Origin: Octopus bimaculoides
Taxonomy: Eukaryota
DNA: 49,413 nt
Direction of reading: 5' to 3'
NCBI RefSeq assembly: GCF_001194135.2
Contig: NC_068996.1
Location: forward strand, 50,143,779-50,193,191
Shown: positions 12,001 through 25,419 of the stretch, piece after piece
Layout of the letters: every line of letters starts with the position of its first letter
How positions within the stretch are numbered: position 1 is the stretch's first letter
Made by a program: the position numbers and the translations under genes
The notes under the pieces: model-generated
The model's database searches: none
What the model was told of the DNA's origin: nothing
What the model saw: only the letters and a program-made list of their open reading frames with translations

Positions 12001-12877
12001 GACTCGGATCAAAACACAAAGAAAGATAAATAAGATACAATGAAAAGAAAGAAAAGGAAAACAGATATCTTTTAAAAGAGATCTTAAATCACATTAGTTC
12101 GTTCCTTATTTATTAATAATTCACTTCTTATCACTTCTTATTGCTTTGTGGGGAAATGTTCATATTAATATATTTTATATTGTTGCTGTTCGCGTCATCC
12201 ATATAAAAATGTCACGTGACACGCACTCGCTTCGGTCGCACGATCATCGTCATCATCACCATCGTTATCATCATCGTCATAACAACAACAATAACAAAAA
12301 TAATGATAATAGTAATCAGCAGCAGTAGCAACAGTAATAACGAGAAGCAACGCTTTCACTCGCAGAGTCTCTCCCGACCTTGTCGCCGTATGTCTGTTAC
12401 TGCCAATTGTATTTAGAACTGTCGAAGCTATTCACACACACATATTCCTCTCTCTATTGTATATGTATATATATCCATATCTAGATCTACATCTATATTG
12501 TCCCTTCCATCTAAGACAGACATTGTCAACACAGCAGCCTCAAATCTGATTTACCATTTTGGCTTGGCAAACCAAACCCAGTGCAGCACACAGCCATATA
12601 TTAATAATATATAGTTACTTTTTGTTGTGGTTTTTGGGGTTGTTTTGTTTTTTTTTAACTGGATCAAAAAGGTAAAAACGGAATATGACTTCCACAGAAA
12701 TAAGACAGGGCTATAGCGAAAATAAACCATCATCGAGGTAAATATTCCATGCTTTCTTTTCTTTTCGCTCACAATGAGTATGTGTTCATATGCATACACA
12801 TGTGTATATATTTGAATTATGCATCTGTGTATGTTTCTCTATGTTCATGCGTCTCTGTATATAGACAGATATGTAGA

Positions 12878-12878
<1 letters not shown>

Positions 12879-12955
<77 letters not shown>
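12879..12955. repeat. Compound (CT)n(AT)n microsatellite, representative of dozens of (TA)n, (CA)n, (TATG)n and (GAT)n runs in the window
   Basis: Directly visible. Most N-gaps are bordered by such runs. Confidence 0.95.
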
Positions 12956-12957
<2 letters not shown>

Positions 12958-14214
12958 TATATACATGATGAGTTTATTAGATAAGCAGACAGAGATATAT
13001 AACGGTAAAGAGGAGTTACTATTTGTATTTTATACTATTCAAAGAATATATGCATATATCTAAATGTAACTATTTATACATACTTCTACTGCTTATCTTT
13101 GTTCCCCCTGGTACAAGCTATGAAGGTATGTAAGCGGGTATGCTTTCTTTTTCTCTCTTATCTCATACATTTTCCTTGGTTTCAGTTACCTTGTATTATT
13201 TCAAGCATTCGGATAGCAACATTTTGAATTGATGTTTCTTTAGAACGGTGTGTGTGTATTTATGAGCTGTTATTGTTTTATCAAATCTAAAAAAACAGAT
13301 TCTAGCGAAACGATGCTTTATTTATTATGGCTCCTTGTCAAACGACCAAGGAAATGAAAGGATACGTACACATACATTCTGCTGATTCAGTGTGTGTGTA
13401 TAGTCAGACATTACATACACACATAGCTGTGCTTGTGTGTATTCTCTGATTATCCCCACCCATATATTATACATTCTTACACTCACACTTCGTGTGTCTG
13501 CAGAACATATACACATATCCATATATCCATCATTTCCTCGTTCGTCTGGCAGTCTGGCAAGATCCATAATAAATAGTTGGTACTAACAGCAGGGTATGTG
13601 TGTGCGTGAGAGAGAGAGATAATGTGTGTGTGTGTGTGTGAAAGAGAGAAAGAGTGATAATGTGTGTGTGCATCTACAGAAGAATACCATTCGTTCCCAC
13701 CGAAGAAAACTGGTAAGGAAGTGCATTGAAACCACCTTACGAAAATAGTTCCAGCTGAAGTCTGTTTAAGGTAAACTCAAAAAGCCAACCCAGTGCAGAC
13801 TTATATTTATTTAGTTGTTCACTTCTCTGATATATAACGTGAATGTGTGTTTTAATGATTCTTTAATGAAAAGATGATGTTTCGAAAGACCTCTCGGCAA
13901 CAGGAAATGCATTCTAAAATTAATGGTATATTAATAATTATAGCTTAATGAGATTCGAATGAGATTTTAGTCATCTTGTTAACCTCATCTATTTAAAATT
14001 GTTATCTATAATGTTTTTTTGGACTATTCTTTCTTTCTTCCTGTCTCTATCGGTGATAAAAGATAGGATCCGATATCGTAATCTAGCCGAAGAGAACGGT
14101 TGTGTTGGAAACAGACACCTTGGTGATGATCGGAAGAGAGGCCTTTATTGAAGTGTAAACTCTCCCTATAGAAATATATAGAAATCTGTAAATATGTTTT
14201 TATTAAATGAATGT

Positions 14215-14540
14215 GAGATCCAGTTAGCCATTCATTCTTTCGTGAACGATAAAATACCAGTTCAGTACTGGGATCGATGAAATCGACTATTCCCTTTCCA
14301 CCAAAATTCCAGGCCTTGTACCTATAGTAGAAAGGATTGTCGGGTGGCAAAGCGAATCGTTAGACTGTCAAGCAAAATGCCTTGCAGGTATTTTTGTCGA
14401 TTCTTTACGTTCTGAGTACAATTCCCACCGTGTTCGATAAAACAGAGTACCAGCAGCTAAACACTGAGTGGTCGATGGCATCGATTAATCGCTATCCCCT
14501 ACAAAATTGCTGGCCTTGTGCCTAAATCAGAAACCAATTA
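14215..14540 (+). mobile_element. Two tandem degenerate Meta-like SINE copies
   Basis: Both carry cgataaaa..taccag..ct.g..gtcgat and ccaaaatt..ggccttgt.cct blocks. Confidence 0.6.
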
Positions 14541-16308
14541 CATTAATATAATTGGGTGTCAGAAATATGGACGAGATGTGTGCGTTTGTCAGGTTCAAAA
14601 GTTTCGAGAAAGGAAAAGAGATTCAAATGACAGCAGCGTTTTGTCTATTTTCGTTCGGTTGGCTTCATTTTTACTATTCCACCATCATCACTTCGCAGAA
14701 CGTCCACATCTTTTATTTCCTCACACCGAAGACGATGTCACCAATGCTCTAGGGAAAGGCATGAATGCTACACATTCTCTCTCTCTCTCTCTCTCTCTTT
14801 TGCATGGCCTTTGTAATAAATACATCAGACTTTGTTAATTATTATCTTGATATATTTTTCCATCTTCAATGTTTTAGTTTATACCAAACGATTTTATAGT
14901 GTTGTGTCTTGGAGCTATATATCTATCTATATCTATATATATATATATATACATATACCCGTTTAGACGACACTACGATAATAATAAACTGTTTTCTAAC
15001 CATTTTTTCCTTCCTTAAAACAAATATGGCATCGCAATGACGTTTACACAAATTAATAATTGTTGTTTAAATAATATTAAGGTTCATAAAGCAGCAGTTA
15101 TAAATTCTTAAGAATAAAGACTTTCCTTTTTAGCAATTGAGATGTGTATCTTTCAATCTGCTAAGCTTTATGAATTGATAATTTTTAGTTGTGTCTATTC
15201 TGGATGGGTGTTTGTTTCAATTTTACATTTATTTTTAACTACTAGAATTTTCTAAATATTTAGAACTCTTTGTTTTGCATCTTTCTTTTTTCACTGGCAG
15301 CGCAAGATTTTAGCGGCAAATCTTTTTTTGTCGATTTTCTTTTGTCTTTTTTTGTTCTGTGTTTGATAAAAATAAATTAACAGAAATAATACGAGTTGAC
15401 TGTTTAAAAAAAAAAAAACAAGAACAAAAACCCAAAATCGTGGATGTAGCTCCATCAAATAAAGGCCAGATCCCTAGTTTTTCTTAAAAATTTAGATGTT
15501 TTTTTGGCGCTGCTCATTCGTCTCGCTAATAAGGTCTATTTATTAGATGAGCTTGTGTGTAATAAATAAAATATTTGGGCTTAAGAATGAGAAGCATGGT
15601 TGCTGAGGAAATGGATAGACGCACCAACATGACTAATATACAAGAAAGAAAAAAGAAGAAAAAACCAGTTTCCTTTACAACTAAAAATTAATTGATGATA
15701 TCTCAACTAATACACTTAACTTCCCCGTTCAGGATATATTCACTTTGTGGCCCATTCAAACATATTTTTGTATGGATGCATGAATGGTTTTCTCTTGTTA
15801 ATAATAAATGAAGGGCGAAATTCTTTCATTAATGTCTTATGTTGTGGGATGGTCGTTCAATAATGCATGGCATTTCTAGAATGCAATGCCCAGTTAGTTA
15901 TAAATTCTGGTTGTTTAAGAATTCAAAAGCTGTAATACTAGTTAATAGTAGTACTATTATTAGATTTCTTGTATGGTGACGTTTTCTCGCTTTCATTTTG
16001 TCACTATTACTATTTTGTAAATTGACAACTGGTTATTTTAAAAGTTCCAACATTTTCCATATTTTTTTTTTTTATCTGATGAATAGGTTTCCTGTTTCAT
16101 TTCTTCAATGTAATGTCTCAAGCTATCGGAGCTAATCTAAAATTACCTTAGAGGTTTTTTAACTTCACTAGTTTATTATTTTTATAAAGGGCTGTGGGTA
16201 TGTGTAGTATTGCAAAATACTTCAGGATATTTTATTTTTTTATTTACTATATTAACTCTTATTTACTGATGAAATTTATAAGTTTTAATTCAATCTATTT
16301 TTTTCTAG

Positions 16309-16535
16309 GGTGCTGAAACCACCCGGCGGAGGAGAAAGTAATATATTTGGTCCTGCAGTAGCGGGATCTTCTGCAAATAGCAAAGTGAACCGCATGGAAT
16401 CTAATGTGTTTAAAGAACCGGATACACAAACTCAGCCTGTAGCATCCAAGAAAGAAGACACCCATAATAACTTATTTGGCGAGCAAAAACTGAAAGTTAG
16501 GACTGATTTTAATGCTGCCACCGTGAAGGGTCAAG
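16309..16535 (+). CDS. Jupiter: Jupiter/HN1 (JPT) microtubule-associated protein, internal coding exon (phase 2 to phase 1)
   Basis: Acceptor ttttttctag|G and donor CAAG|gtaatt. Encodes (R)VLKPPGGGESNIFG...VNRMESNVF...DTHNNLFG. The VLxPPGGxSNxF and NRMxSNVF motifs are characteristic of Jupiter/HN1, and the R|VL phase-2 junction fits the family's usual exon structure as I recall it. Confidence 0.93.
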
Positions 16536-18032
16536 GTAATTCTCTTTATATATATGTGTGTTAGTAACTAAAATTATGTATGTACGGGAGTAAACGTCCT
16601 TCTATAAATATTTACTGTTGTAGATATTTTGTACATTATATTTTCGTCTGAACAGTGCGACGATTGTGTTTAATTGGAGATTGGGTGCAAATTGACATTT
16701 GTTGGAAAACAATCTTGTTATAACAGTAATAGGAAAGACAGGTCCTAATTAATATCAGGTGATAGAATGAAAAAATTTTTTTAACGATTTATCAGTGTAT
16801 CAATCAGACAGGCAGCTTTCCTCTTAGTATTATATCAAAAATGTAGGAAATATCCCATCCCTGATATTTCTTTAGAATTGAAGTATTTTAAGCACAAAAA
16901 GATATCCAAGTCATCTTCGTTGATGCATATAAAACTGCTAAAAAGAGTCTGTTTATGTGTGATTCTAGAATGAAAACTCTAAATGTTTGGAGCAGGGAGT
17001 TGTTCATAATATTTAATAGTTATTCTCGGTGTTTTTCAACATTTTCATTATGAATATGATGACGATTTTCGATAATGAAACGTTGATATCTGGCCTAGAT
17101 TGTTGATATTCAGCAGTGAACTTTGGAGTTAGAATTGTTCAGTTGAGTAAATCGAGTGTGTGGTATTGTGATTATGGCCTGTGTTGGAGATTCAGATCCA
17201 GATGATTAATTAGTGTCAACCGTAGGGCAAATAAAGAGTTTGACCAAAGCCTATGCTTACACTGCAAGTCCATTTGGCAGAATTATAAAGCCCTCAGGCA
17301 AATCAGTTGACTTCAAGATACAACATACATAGAGCAGAATCGGGCCAGTAGGGTTCCCAAGCAACTTCCCAGTCTTTTAAGGCGACACTGTCACAATTAT
17401 CGTTTTGATGGATCTTATTTTTTTTTATCCAATGCTAAAAACGCAATACGAGAAGTTGTAGACTGGTTAATGTTGATTTACATCACTTTCCGGATGTTTG
17501 GGAGAGAAATATGGCTTAGTCGTAGGCAGTGGACCCTGAGATTGGAGAGCACTATTGGAAACATTTCTTATATTTTCTTTTTCTTTACATTTATGCTGTT
17601 TAATGTGATCGTGTCTAAAGAAATTTAGATAACAATGAACAAATATGACAAATGGTTATATTTTCGAGGTATTGTTTATATAAAACGATCATGTACAAGG
17701 AATTCAAAACCTAACCAATAACTACTGTTTGTGAACATGCCTTCTTTCAAGTGTTCGTTCTGTATGATTAATTTACTGTTTTCATTGCTTCCTCCCCCTC
17801 AACATGTGTTTGTATAATAATATGATGTTAGCTGACACCTCTCTTCCATTGATATGTCTTTAGTAATTTGGTACTAATTTATGTGTTTTGATAACTTGAA
17901 ACAAGACTCTACTCTTTGAACCAAAATGACCTTAATAACTGTGTATATGTAATAAGATAATATAGTTTCATACAATCACGTGAAGATGTTAGTTTACTTT
18001 GTTGTTATTTGAGTGTGTTTGTTTGTATGCAG

Positions 18033-18113
18033 ACATCTCAGACAACAAAGAATGGTCGAGCAAGTGCATGTATATGAGGAACCGTGTAGTGAAGAGCAAC
18101 TTAAACCCTACGA
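18033..18113 (+). CDS. Candidate 81-nt cassette exon of Jupiter (phase 1-1)
   Basis: gtttgtatgcag|AC...ACGA|gtattg, stop-free in the Jupiter frame (DISDNKEWSSKCMYMRNRVVKSNLNPT). The donor is weak. Confidence 0.25.
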
Positions 18114-18520
18114 GTATTGTGTACTTTTTTTCCATGTTTGTGCGCCCAAACGTGTGTTCGTCATTGTGTGTGTCCATTTATAAACATTAAGGATTATTGT
18201 TTTAAAATACGGATTCAGCTGAGGACACATCCATGTATGGAGTTTTTATAATTTTGTTTGTGATTAAGCAGAAAAAGACCCTGCTACTATTGCAGCATCT
18301 CTCTTTACTTTTCTTATGCTCATAATGTTGGTTATAGAGGTAATCGTATTTGAAATCATTTAAATTTGAATTGATTGAATTAACAAAACTAGTCTGTCAT
18401 GCTCTCTCTCTCTCTCTCTCTCTCNNNNNNNNNNNNNNNNNNNNNNNNNNNNNNNNNNNNNNNNNNNNNNNNNNNNNNNNNNNNNNNNNNNNNNNNNNNN
18501 NNNNNNNNNNNNNNNNNNNN

Positions 18521-18551
<31 letters not shown>

Positions 18552-21500
18552 ATCTCCATCTCATTGGCTGGATATTAGTTTCCCCCCCTAGCTTGGTTCT
18601 GCAGATCCATGCATTTGTTAGAAGTGTAATACTGCTTAGTAGTTACAGAAAACCTGCAGTGGAGGCTGGGGAGAAATGAGATGAATCTGATTTGTTGAAT
18701 TTCAAGTGTCAACTTGTACAAGTGTGCTGAGTTGGTGACTAAGGCACTTGAGGAAGTATCAGCTGGTGTATGTAGTAGAGATGGTTTCATTGGTAAAGAC
18801 ATGTGATTGTGAATAGTAGATACTAACTACAATAACATGGGGAGACAGTGAGGTCATGTTTTGGAATGTTTGACTTTTCAGGTCTCATAAGTACATTGAA
18901 GTAACAATATGCCACGTGGCCTGTCTGATTGAGCATGAAACTTACATTAGCTCACATTTAAATCCTGTGTTCATTAAATGATATGTGCATGAGATATGTG
19001 TAGAATCTTAAGAGGTGTGTTATTCCCTTGACTAACCAGCAAAACTTTCTGATTTGGGATGGCCTCTGTGGCTGGTTGCACCTTGTTTGGCTATAATACA
19101 AGTTTATATTATGGGTAGGTAATAGTTTACAATACAGGAGGTCTAAATATATACTGTTAGCAATAGAGGTAGTTAGGTTGTGTGGTATATTACAAAGATG
19201 TGGTTATTGATATAAAGCAGTTTGAAGCCCTGAAAAAGGCATGGCACTGACTCTACTGTTTTGATTTAATATTTCAAAAAAAAAAAAAAAAAGGGCAGTG
19301 CTGAAGTTTTAGAAGAATATAGGCAACTGAATGAAAGTGTATAGAAAATCAATGTTGATATTAAAAAAAAGTCAAGTTACATACATCTAATATAAACATA
19401 TATTTTATATTTTATTACTTAATTTCAGGATGGAAGATATAAATTGTTATACATATTTAGTGGAATAAAATGAAATTAATTTCTTTGTCACTTGCATCAA
19501 CTGGGTATTAAGTTAATGCAATTATCAAGAGCCAAATGTAATATAAAGCTGATAGCATAGACAAGCAACAATAGAATGTAAAAGAACAGTGTGTGTGTTT
19601 ATATATAATTGGCCTTCAGTCTCAAATTTTAGACTATTATGGGCTCCATATACAGTTTTCTCAAATCTTTTAAACATTTTCAATTTAAGCTTAAGACACT
19701 CTCTCCCAGCATGCCTAGACATTTATTGTCTTTGATTGATTGGTCATTAAAGTATGTCAGTAGAGCTAATGTGCTGAAGCTGTGAAGTGTAAACGGTTCA
19801 ATGTGTTAAAATATGTGTTCATACCTTGTCAGTTTGGATAATTGGATGTAAAGCTTATGATTCTTCATTCTTTTATATGTAATTACACCATTTCTAATAT
19901 TTCTATTCATTTTTATAAAACCATTATTTTTATATATAGAAAATGTTGCAAATGGAGGAAGTTTTCTGAAACTGAATCCATGTCCAAGTTTTGATTCCAT
20001 TTTGGTCCCTAATAGAGGAAAAGAGTAAATTTGAAGAAGTTGTGTACCAGCATGAATAATTCAATGCCTCACAACATAGAATTTATTCCACCGTTTTAAC
20101 TATTTATTTATGTCACTTCAGAAGAACAATAAACTTGGGACTTTACATTTCTCTGCTGCTAAAAAAAGTATCACTTGTATATAAGTGTGATGTTCCTTTG
20201 TAGACCTGTGTATAGAAATGAATATGAAATGCAAAGGAATTGACCAAATGAAAAACTGACCAGTATGGAGAAAGCTTACCAAGTCATACCAAAGCCATGA
20301 ACAGTCATAATCGCGACGACTGGCTGTAGATAATAGAAACCATTGAAAATAACATGAGAATTAAGTTTCAGAAATGTCTTACACAAAACTTTGCACAAAC
20401 ATACACACAAGTTATAGGCTGGAATGTGTTCCATTTTCCATTTGTAAAAGTGACCGAAAGTACAAGACTCTTGTCGCATTGAACACTGGTCTGTTGCAAG
20501 ATTAGTCCCCAGCACGCTATCTCTGTTGGAGAATTACACTCTTAACCTCACTATCAGGAGTCCACAAGGCCACATAGCTTTACATTTGTGTGTGTGTGTC
20601 AATGTAAAATGTACGTTATAATGTATTGAATACTTTATTGACTGGTAGTCCTATGTAATTGAGAGATATTTGCTGTGAGGGTCTCCATTGAACAGGGTTG
20701 ATATGTATCTACATGTACATGCTTTTACACCTGAGTCCTTATTTGTAAGTTCCCCCCACACACACACACTGACACCACCGTTGTTGTCTAAAAGAAAGGG
20801 CTTTTTTTAAAGGCTGATGCATCTTGGCGCCGAGTTTGTCACAGACATTGCTGTCAGATTGCAAGGAGTCGGAAAATACACGCAGCAAGGTGTCCCATTA
20901 ATTCACTTTTCTCCCCATCCACCATTGAAAAAGACAAGTGACAGTGTTCACCTTGGAATAAATTGGTCTCAAAGCATGGAAAATTGCAACAAATGCTTCA
21001 GGGTAATCTATCCAACACTCTGATGATTCTGTTAATTTGGTTCTTTGTTTCTTTGTATGTGTGAGCTTTTGTGGGATTTCTTTTTGTTACTTGTCCTTTG
21101 CTTGTTATTCAAATTTCACCATGGCCAACAAATCATTTGTGTATTTTTCTTTAGAATACATAACGTAAATGTCTCTTCCTGTAAAAAAAAAAGAACAAAA
21201 TCAGGTAATTTTCCAACTGACTGTATTTTTGTTTGTTTTTTACATCACAAGATTACAATGTCTACAGTTTTGTTTTTTTTTATTGTGGTTGGGCATGTAA
21301 TTTGAGAGATTTCACTGCTACATCTAGCATGGTCACCCTCATAAATTTATTTAATATTGAGTTGTCGATGTGAAAATATATATATGTGTATAAGGTAATA
21401 TCTTGCTTTAATGACATGTTTTTTTAAAAATTATAAATAATTAAAAACTGTAAAGTTAACTGCAGAAAATGTCTATAATGGCAACTTCCAATGTTCAATT

Positions 21501-22003
21501 ACTGTGATGTATATATTGATAACGTGTGTGTTTGTTGGTTCATTCAGTCAGTCACTTAGTTTGCATGGTGATGCACATATTTGTGGGTTCACAGTCTGTC
21601 ACTGTTTTGTTGTCACAAAACTTTTGAATTTACACTTCTAAGTATCAAAATGAAAGGGTAGCATTATGTTGAATGTAATTAATTATATAAAGAAATGGAA
21701 AACAATTACTTTATAAACAAAACACAAAGACCACAAATCAAACAAAAAAACTGGAAAATTATTAAAGATTTAGCTTAAAATTTTTCCTTTAGTTAACGGT
21801 ACCTATCATTTTATTGGATAAGAAAAAATATTCAAATGAAATTTAAAGTGTTCACTCTTTGGCAATCTATAAAGATGTGTAGTACAGAAGTGGTTAACAT
21901 TCTCATTTATCAATATGCATAACTGATTAAACTTGTGATAAATCTCTTGAATTTTTAAAGAAGGCAAATGAGGAAACATTTACTTTTAAGTAGTGAATGG
22001 TTT

Positions 22004-22041
<38 letters not shown>

Positions 22042-22043
<2 letters not shown>

Positions 22044-22208
22044 AGAGTAAGCACATAAATGTGCAACAAGGTGGAAAAAAGAGTACTCAAATACCAGAGG
22101 TAGAGTAATATGCTTTATTTAAAAGCAGCATTTTCTAACAAAACTGTCCGATGAATGGGAACGTGAAGCTCCAAGTAACAGTTTTTTGTTATATTTCTGC
22201 TGCTTTTA

Positions 22209-22213
<5 letters not shown>
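22042..22213 (+). mobile_element. Penelope-like LTR remnant carrying a degenerate minimal hammerhead, flanked by (TA)n
   Basis: aacaaaactgt-CCGATGA-atg-ggaa-cgt-GAAG-ctccaa-GTA-acagttttttgtt (22137-22190), enclosed by a perfect 16-bp inverted repeat (22115-22130 / 22198-22213). Confidence 0.55.
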
Positions 22214-22244
<31 letters not shown>

Positions 22245-22437
22245 GTTCATATAGAATTAGGGATAAAATCACTGATGATTATATCAAGTGGCCAGCATGA
22301 AATAAAAACCTTGTAGGTAACATTTTTTAGAGCCAAATGGCTCTAAAAACCACCTCGATACTCCATTAGCACACTTTGTAATTGGGCAGATGAAAAAATA
22401 AATAAGACCTTTAGATTAATTGTATATTTATATATAC

Positions 22438-22735
22438 ATCATCAGCATTATTATTATACATCTGTTCTCCATGCTGGCATAGGTTGGATGGCTTGACAAA
22501 AGCTGGCCAGCCAGAGAGCTGCACCAGGTTTCAATTGTCTGTTTTGGCATGGTTTCTGCAGCTGGATGCTCTTACTAATGCCAGCCACTTTACAGAGTGT
22601 ACTGGGTGCTTTTTACGTGTCACTAGTGCATTATATGTGGTGCCAGTGCCCTTTTATGTAGCACCAACATGAGTGCCTTTTACATGGCACAAGTATGGGT
22701 GTTTTTTGCGTGGCACCGGCATGAATACTTTTTAC
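22438..22735 (-). mobile_element. RTE-tail family repeat (SINE or 5'-truncated LINE)
   Basis: Homologous to 45040-45203, with catccagctg..aaaccatgccaaa..ccaacc.atgccagcatgg blocks and ggcacgtaaaa sub-repeats. Confidence 0.75.
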
Positions 22736-23559
22736 GTGATAAGCATGTATGAGCTGGTTGGCATAATGTTAAAGTGCAAGAAGCTGTGAATGCAAGTGTT
22801 GAAGTTGTATAGTTGCTCCCAAAACAACTGAAGGAAGTAATTGAATATAGTTACACATTATCACAAATCGTTAGCATAGATGAAACATGCCTATTTTGGA
22901 AGTGGATGCCAGCAAGAATCCACATTGCAAGAAAAAACATTTCTTGATGCTAAGTTTTTTTTTAAAGTTGTCAAAAGCTGGTTTAGACCTAATGCAGCTA
23001 GAGATTAAGTTAAAACCCATGCTTTTGCTTTTCTGTTGAAAATCTAACAGCACCAGAAGGCCTTGTAAAGCTACACTTCCATACAGAAGACTTTTGGTTT
23101 ACCATTTCACAATCTAAAGATTGGTTTTTGTATGACTCTTTACCTGAAATAAAAAGAAAAATATTTTGAAGATAAAAAACATTCTAGTTCTTGTGCAACC
23201 GATCAGAGATAATGCACTTATCATCTACAATGTCTACATCATCATCCATATATAGGTTTATGTTTGTACTGTCAAATAATCACTTTTGCCAGCAACAGAC
23301 CATGACATCATTGCAACATTTAAAGGATATTATCTTTGACACATTTGATTAGCTACATGAATGATAAGGAAGGCTTCTCATTAAAAGGATTTTGGAGATT
23401 ATTCAATGTCTTAGGTACAGCAAAAACAATAAGAGGAGGTTACTGTTCATTTTCTCTTTTGTCTCTGCCATTCCCTTTCTCATAGTTTAACTCCCCCCTT
23501 TTCCCCAGCATAAAGCAGACCCCTCTCACCTCCCTCAGGATTCATAGTTCTGTGTACTG

Positions 23560-23770
23560 CATGGTGACCTCAGTGGTGTTGGTGTTATGAAAAACGTACC
23601 CATTTACACACTGTAAATTGGTTGGTGTCAGGAAGGGCATCTAACCATAGAAAACATGCCAAAGCTGACACTGGAGCACAGTGCAGTCTTTGACTGGAGC
23701 ACAGTGCAGTCTTTGACTTAGACCATCCAACTGATGCTTGCAGGAACATGGATGTTAAAAGATGATGATG
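23560..23770 (+). mobile_element. RTE-tail family repeat
   Basis: ggttggtgtcaggaagggcatc...gttaaaagatgatgatg, with a short internal tandem duplication (ctggagcacagtgcagtctttga twice). Confidence 0.7.
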
Positions 23771-24344
23771 CGGATGAACCTGGAGTGAAGTTAAAGAATA
23801 AAATAAGAGACATTAAGGAAGAATTCTTATTCTGAATTTATTGATAATTTTCAGTGATTTCAAAGACAGTGAAGATTCTTTGAAATGAAACTGAAACAAT
23901 TTTTATCATTGATATTGCTAATATTCATCTCATCTTAATGATTCTGTGAATGATTATTTCAACTGTGACCAAGTGCTCATAAACAAAGATGGATTTTGAA
24001 AAGGAAGAACACTATATAAAATATGAAAGTTCCTCATGTAAAGGTCTAGACAAATTTTTTTTTCACATATTCAAATAGTGATTTATATTTTCAAGATTAA
24101 AATCTCAAGCTAAATAGGAATGTTGCTGCAGGTGTTAATAAACCTCATGGCTAGTATGGTCTATTTAAAAAAAGAAATGACTGCCATGGAAGCAAGAAGC
24201 TCTTGACACAAAGAAAACAAACTCCTTGAGGTTGACCTAAATATGGGCTGCTGCAAAGCATCATTAAGTGGTGAATTTAAAAAAAAAAAAAAAACCTAGT
24301 GACATTTGATTGTCTATTATTTGTAAATGCATTATTTAATGTAG

Positions 24345-24565
24345 ACCTTGGTTCAAAAGATTGCTTCCCAACTATGTGATCTTGGGTTCAGTCCCACTGC
24401 ATGGCACCTTAGGCTAGTGTTTTTCCATTATAGCCCCAGGCTAACCAAAGACTTGTGAGTGGATTTGGTTGATGGGAACTGGAAAAAAACCCTATCATCA
24501 TGTATATATGTATGCATATGTGTGTATGTATATGTATATATGTATGCATATGTGTGTATGTATGC

Positions 24566-24623
<58 letters not shown>

Positions 24624-24910
24624 GGGTGTATATATCATCAAATGAGTATGTGTGTATTTGTAATGTATATTTAGGTGTTTACCCTTCTCTAGACTTCACA
24701 TGATAATTGTAAAATAGCATCACCATCAGACAGACAACATTGTTCATTTACAGTTTTCTGTGAAAAAAAACTTGTGTAGCTTGGAAACAGGTGAGAGTTG
24801 TTGACAGGAAGGGCATCCAGCCATAGAATATTTGCCTCGGTAAATTCTGCCTGACCCATGCAATCATGGAAAAGTGAATGTTAAATGCTGCTGCTGCTGA
24901 TGATGATGTA
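24345..24910 (+). mobile_element. CORE-like SINE head, microsatellite and alternative 3' half ending in (GAT)n
   Basis: GGTTCAGTCCC B-box and ggcacctt block, an expanded (TA/TG)n, then gacaggaagggcatccagcc...gatgatgatg. Confidence 0.7.
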
Positions 24911-25419
24911 TTGAAGCATTGGTTATGCTGGAAATGTTTTATTGTTCCTTCCTTAATACTTAGAAAGGCTCTTGGTTTAAATCCCTCGTGAGAATATAAG
25001 TATTGTTTGTAACATTTTTATATGAATTAGTTACTCGCTCAAACAATTGGAACCAACTCAATTGTTAAACTGATGTATTCCTGATAATGTATATGTGTGT
25101 GTGTTCCCATACATTAGTCATAAGGGTGTTGGGCTTATGTTTGTTAGGTCATGGCTTTGATTCCTGCCAAAAATGAAGTATTTGGCATATGTGTGTGTTT
25201 TGTTTTTTATGTTCGTTTTCTCATGCTAGCATAAGTTAGATGTATGTTCTACTGCATTTCCTGTTTCTCGTCCTTGCCTGTTTTTCAATGAATTTCTTAT
25301 TCCACATGCCTTTCAAGGTGCAAGCCCAGTCGTTCATTGGTTGATTGGGAAATAACGACTATGTTGCCATTTGTGGATTGTAATATTCAGTGAATATCTA
25401 GCAGATACAGAGACACATA

